64,000 nucleotides of DNA from Chiloscyllium plagiosum (Eukaryota), in contig NC_057715.1 of assembly GCF_004010195.1 (NCBI RefSeq), positions 15,350,315 to 15,414,314 of the forward strand. The letters run 5' to 3'. The notes beneath the pieces are model-generated. The model made no database searches. It was not told the origin of the DNA and saw nothing but the letters and a program-made list of their open reading frames with translations. Below are positions 62,190 to 64,000 of this stretch, in pieces. Within the stretch, counting starts at the first letter, position 1. The number at the start of each line of letters is the position of its first letter. Both the position numbers and the translations under genes were made by a program.

Positions 62190-63895
62190 TGTGTTTCTTT
62201 TCAATGAGGAAAAGATACAGCCCAGAATTAAAGAGTCAAGTGATTGGGGAAAATGGAAGGTTAAAGGAAATTACTATTGGCAAGGAGATATTAATTGGGC
62301 TGTAAGTTGATAAGTACCCAGAGCCTCATAATTGTAGGTTGAGGGAGGTGGCTATATTGATAATGCATTAGTGATCATCGTCCAGTAAAGATTCTGGAAT
62401 AATTCTACAGATTCTGGAATGATTCCTGCAGTTTAGAACTAGCAAATATCAAATCACTATTTAAGAAAGGAGCAAGAGAGAAAATAGGGAACTACAGACC
62501 TATTAGCTTATCACCAATAATGCAGAAAATGCTAGAATCTATTAGAAAGACTGCAATAAACAAATGGTCAGATAATAATAATCTAGACATAGGTAGCAAT
62601 GGAGAATAATCTTTGATGAACTTGTTGGAGCTTTTGAGCATGTTACAAAAAATTGAAAAAGGGGAATTGATTGATATAATATACTTAGATTTTCAGAAGG
62701 CCTTTGATCAGGTTCTCCAGAGGAGGTTGGTTAGCTAAAGTAAAGTGCATGATATAGGGGATAAAGGGCTGACATGGAGTGAGAATCGGCTAACATGCAG
62801 AAAACAGAAAATAAGAATAAGCGGGTCATTCTCATATTGGCAGACTGTGACTAATGTGGTACTGCAAGGATTAGTACTTGAGCTCCAGTTGTTCACAATA
62901 TATATCAATGATTTTGGAGTTGGGGACCAAATGTAATATTTTCAAATTTCTAGATGATTAGATTAGATTAGATTCCCTACAGTATGGAAACATACAAAGC
63001 TGGATGGAAATTTGTGTTGTAAGGAAGATGTAAAGCAGCTTCCAGTTGAGTTGGACAAGCTTTGTGAGTGGACAAGAGCATCACAGACTAAATATAATGT
63101 CAAAAATATGAGACTGTGCACTTTGATAGGAGAAACAGATGTGCAGTGTATTTCTTAACTGGTAAGACGGAAGGTGCAGAGGTACAAGGGAATGCGGTGT
63201 CCTTGTCAATAGGTAACTGAAGGCTAACATGCAGGTGCACAAAGCTATTCGGAAGGCTAATGGAATGTAAGTCTTCTTCACAAAAGGATTTAACCACAGG
63301 AACAGTGGAGTATTGCTTCAATTATATAGAAGCTTGGCTAGGCTGCACTGAGAATACTGTGCATTTTTAATTTCCTTACCTCAGGAAGAATATCATTCCC
63401 ATAGACTGAGTGCAAAGAACATTCACCAGACTTGTTCATGAGAATGGTAGGTCTACTCTTTGAAGAAAGATTGAGCAAACTGGGCCTGTATTCTCCAGAG
63501 TTTTGAAGAATGAGAGGTGACCTCGATGAAGCCTATAAAATGCTTAAAGAGATGGACAGGGTACATGCGGATAAGACGTTTCTCCTGGATGGGGAGTCGA
63601 GAATCAGGGGGCACAATTTAAAAACAAGTGGATGCAATTTAGGACCGAGATGAGGAGAATTGTTTTTGCTAAAATAGTTGTGCATCGTTAGAATTCTATA
63701 CCCCAAAGCACTATACAATATTTGAGTCATTGATTATGATTAAAGTAGAGATTGGGAATCAGAAATCTATCATTGTGGTACAGGGTTATGGCATTAGTGT
63801 GGGTAAAGGCATTGAAGTGATCTGTTAGCCACGATCATATTAAGTCATGGAGCAAGCTGGATGGACTGCATGGCCTATTCCTGTTCTTATGTTCC
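62190..63895 (+). mobile_element. CR1 RT to 3' end, degraded
   Basis: GNYRPISL, YLDFQKAFD, VLQGLVLELQLFTIYINDF, RMRGDL; tail GGCCTATTCCTGTTCTTATGTTC. Confidence 0.9.
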
Positions 63896-64000
63896 TAAGG
63901 CAATTAGCAAAAAAGAACACAGAAAGGGCAGGTGGCTGTGTGGGGAGTCGGATTTTTGGGAGGGTTGCATGGGGTTGGTGGCTGACATTTTTTATACAAT

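Larger units (their letters stand above)
25317..64000 (+). other. FGF14: FGF14 intron following exon 1a (at least 38.6 kb, continues beyond the window)
   Basis: GT donor at 25317; no PQLKGIVTRL-coding exon 2 was seen, although N gaps could hide it. Confidence 0.7.

Overview
Vertebrate genomic DNA from a cartilaginous fish. HE1-type V-SINEs, CR1/HER1-type LINEs and SacSINE1-like DeuSINEs point to a shark, probably an orectolobiform (inference). Several N gaps are present. The only host coding sequence I can support is the first coding exon (1a type, 25124-25316, + strand) of an intracellular FGF, best matching FGF14. It lies in a CpG-rich promoter region with uORFs and a (CTG)n tract, and is followed by an intron of at least 38.6 kb; I found no exon 2 in the window. 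The rest is transposon debris: CR1 and a second LINE family, three SINE families, Penelope-like elements (PLEs), Harbinger-type Myb/SANT relics and a Gypsy gag fragment. The most notable signal is about 17 minimal hammerhead-ribozyme (HHR) motifs from three PLE-related repeat families. Copies with intact cores all lie antisense to FGF14, and every sense copy is damaged. PLE hammerheads are a known class; the strand bias is my inference from a small sample. Repeat boundaries are read by eye and are approximate unless a TSD is given.
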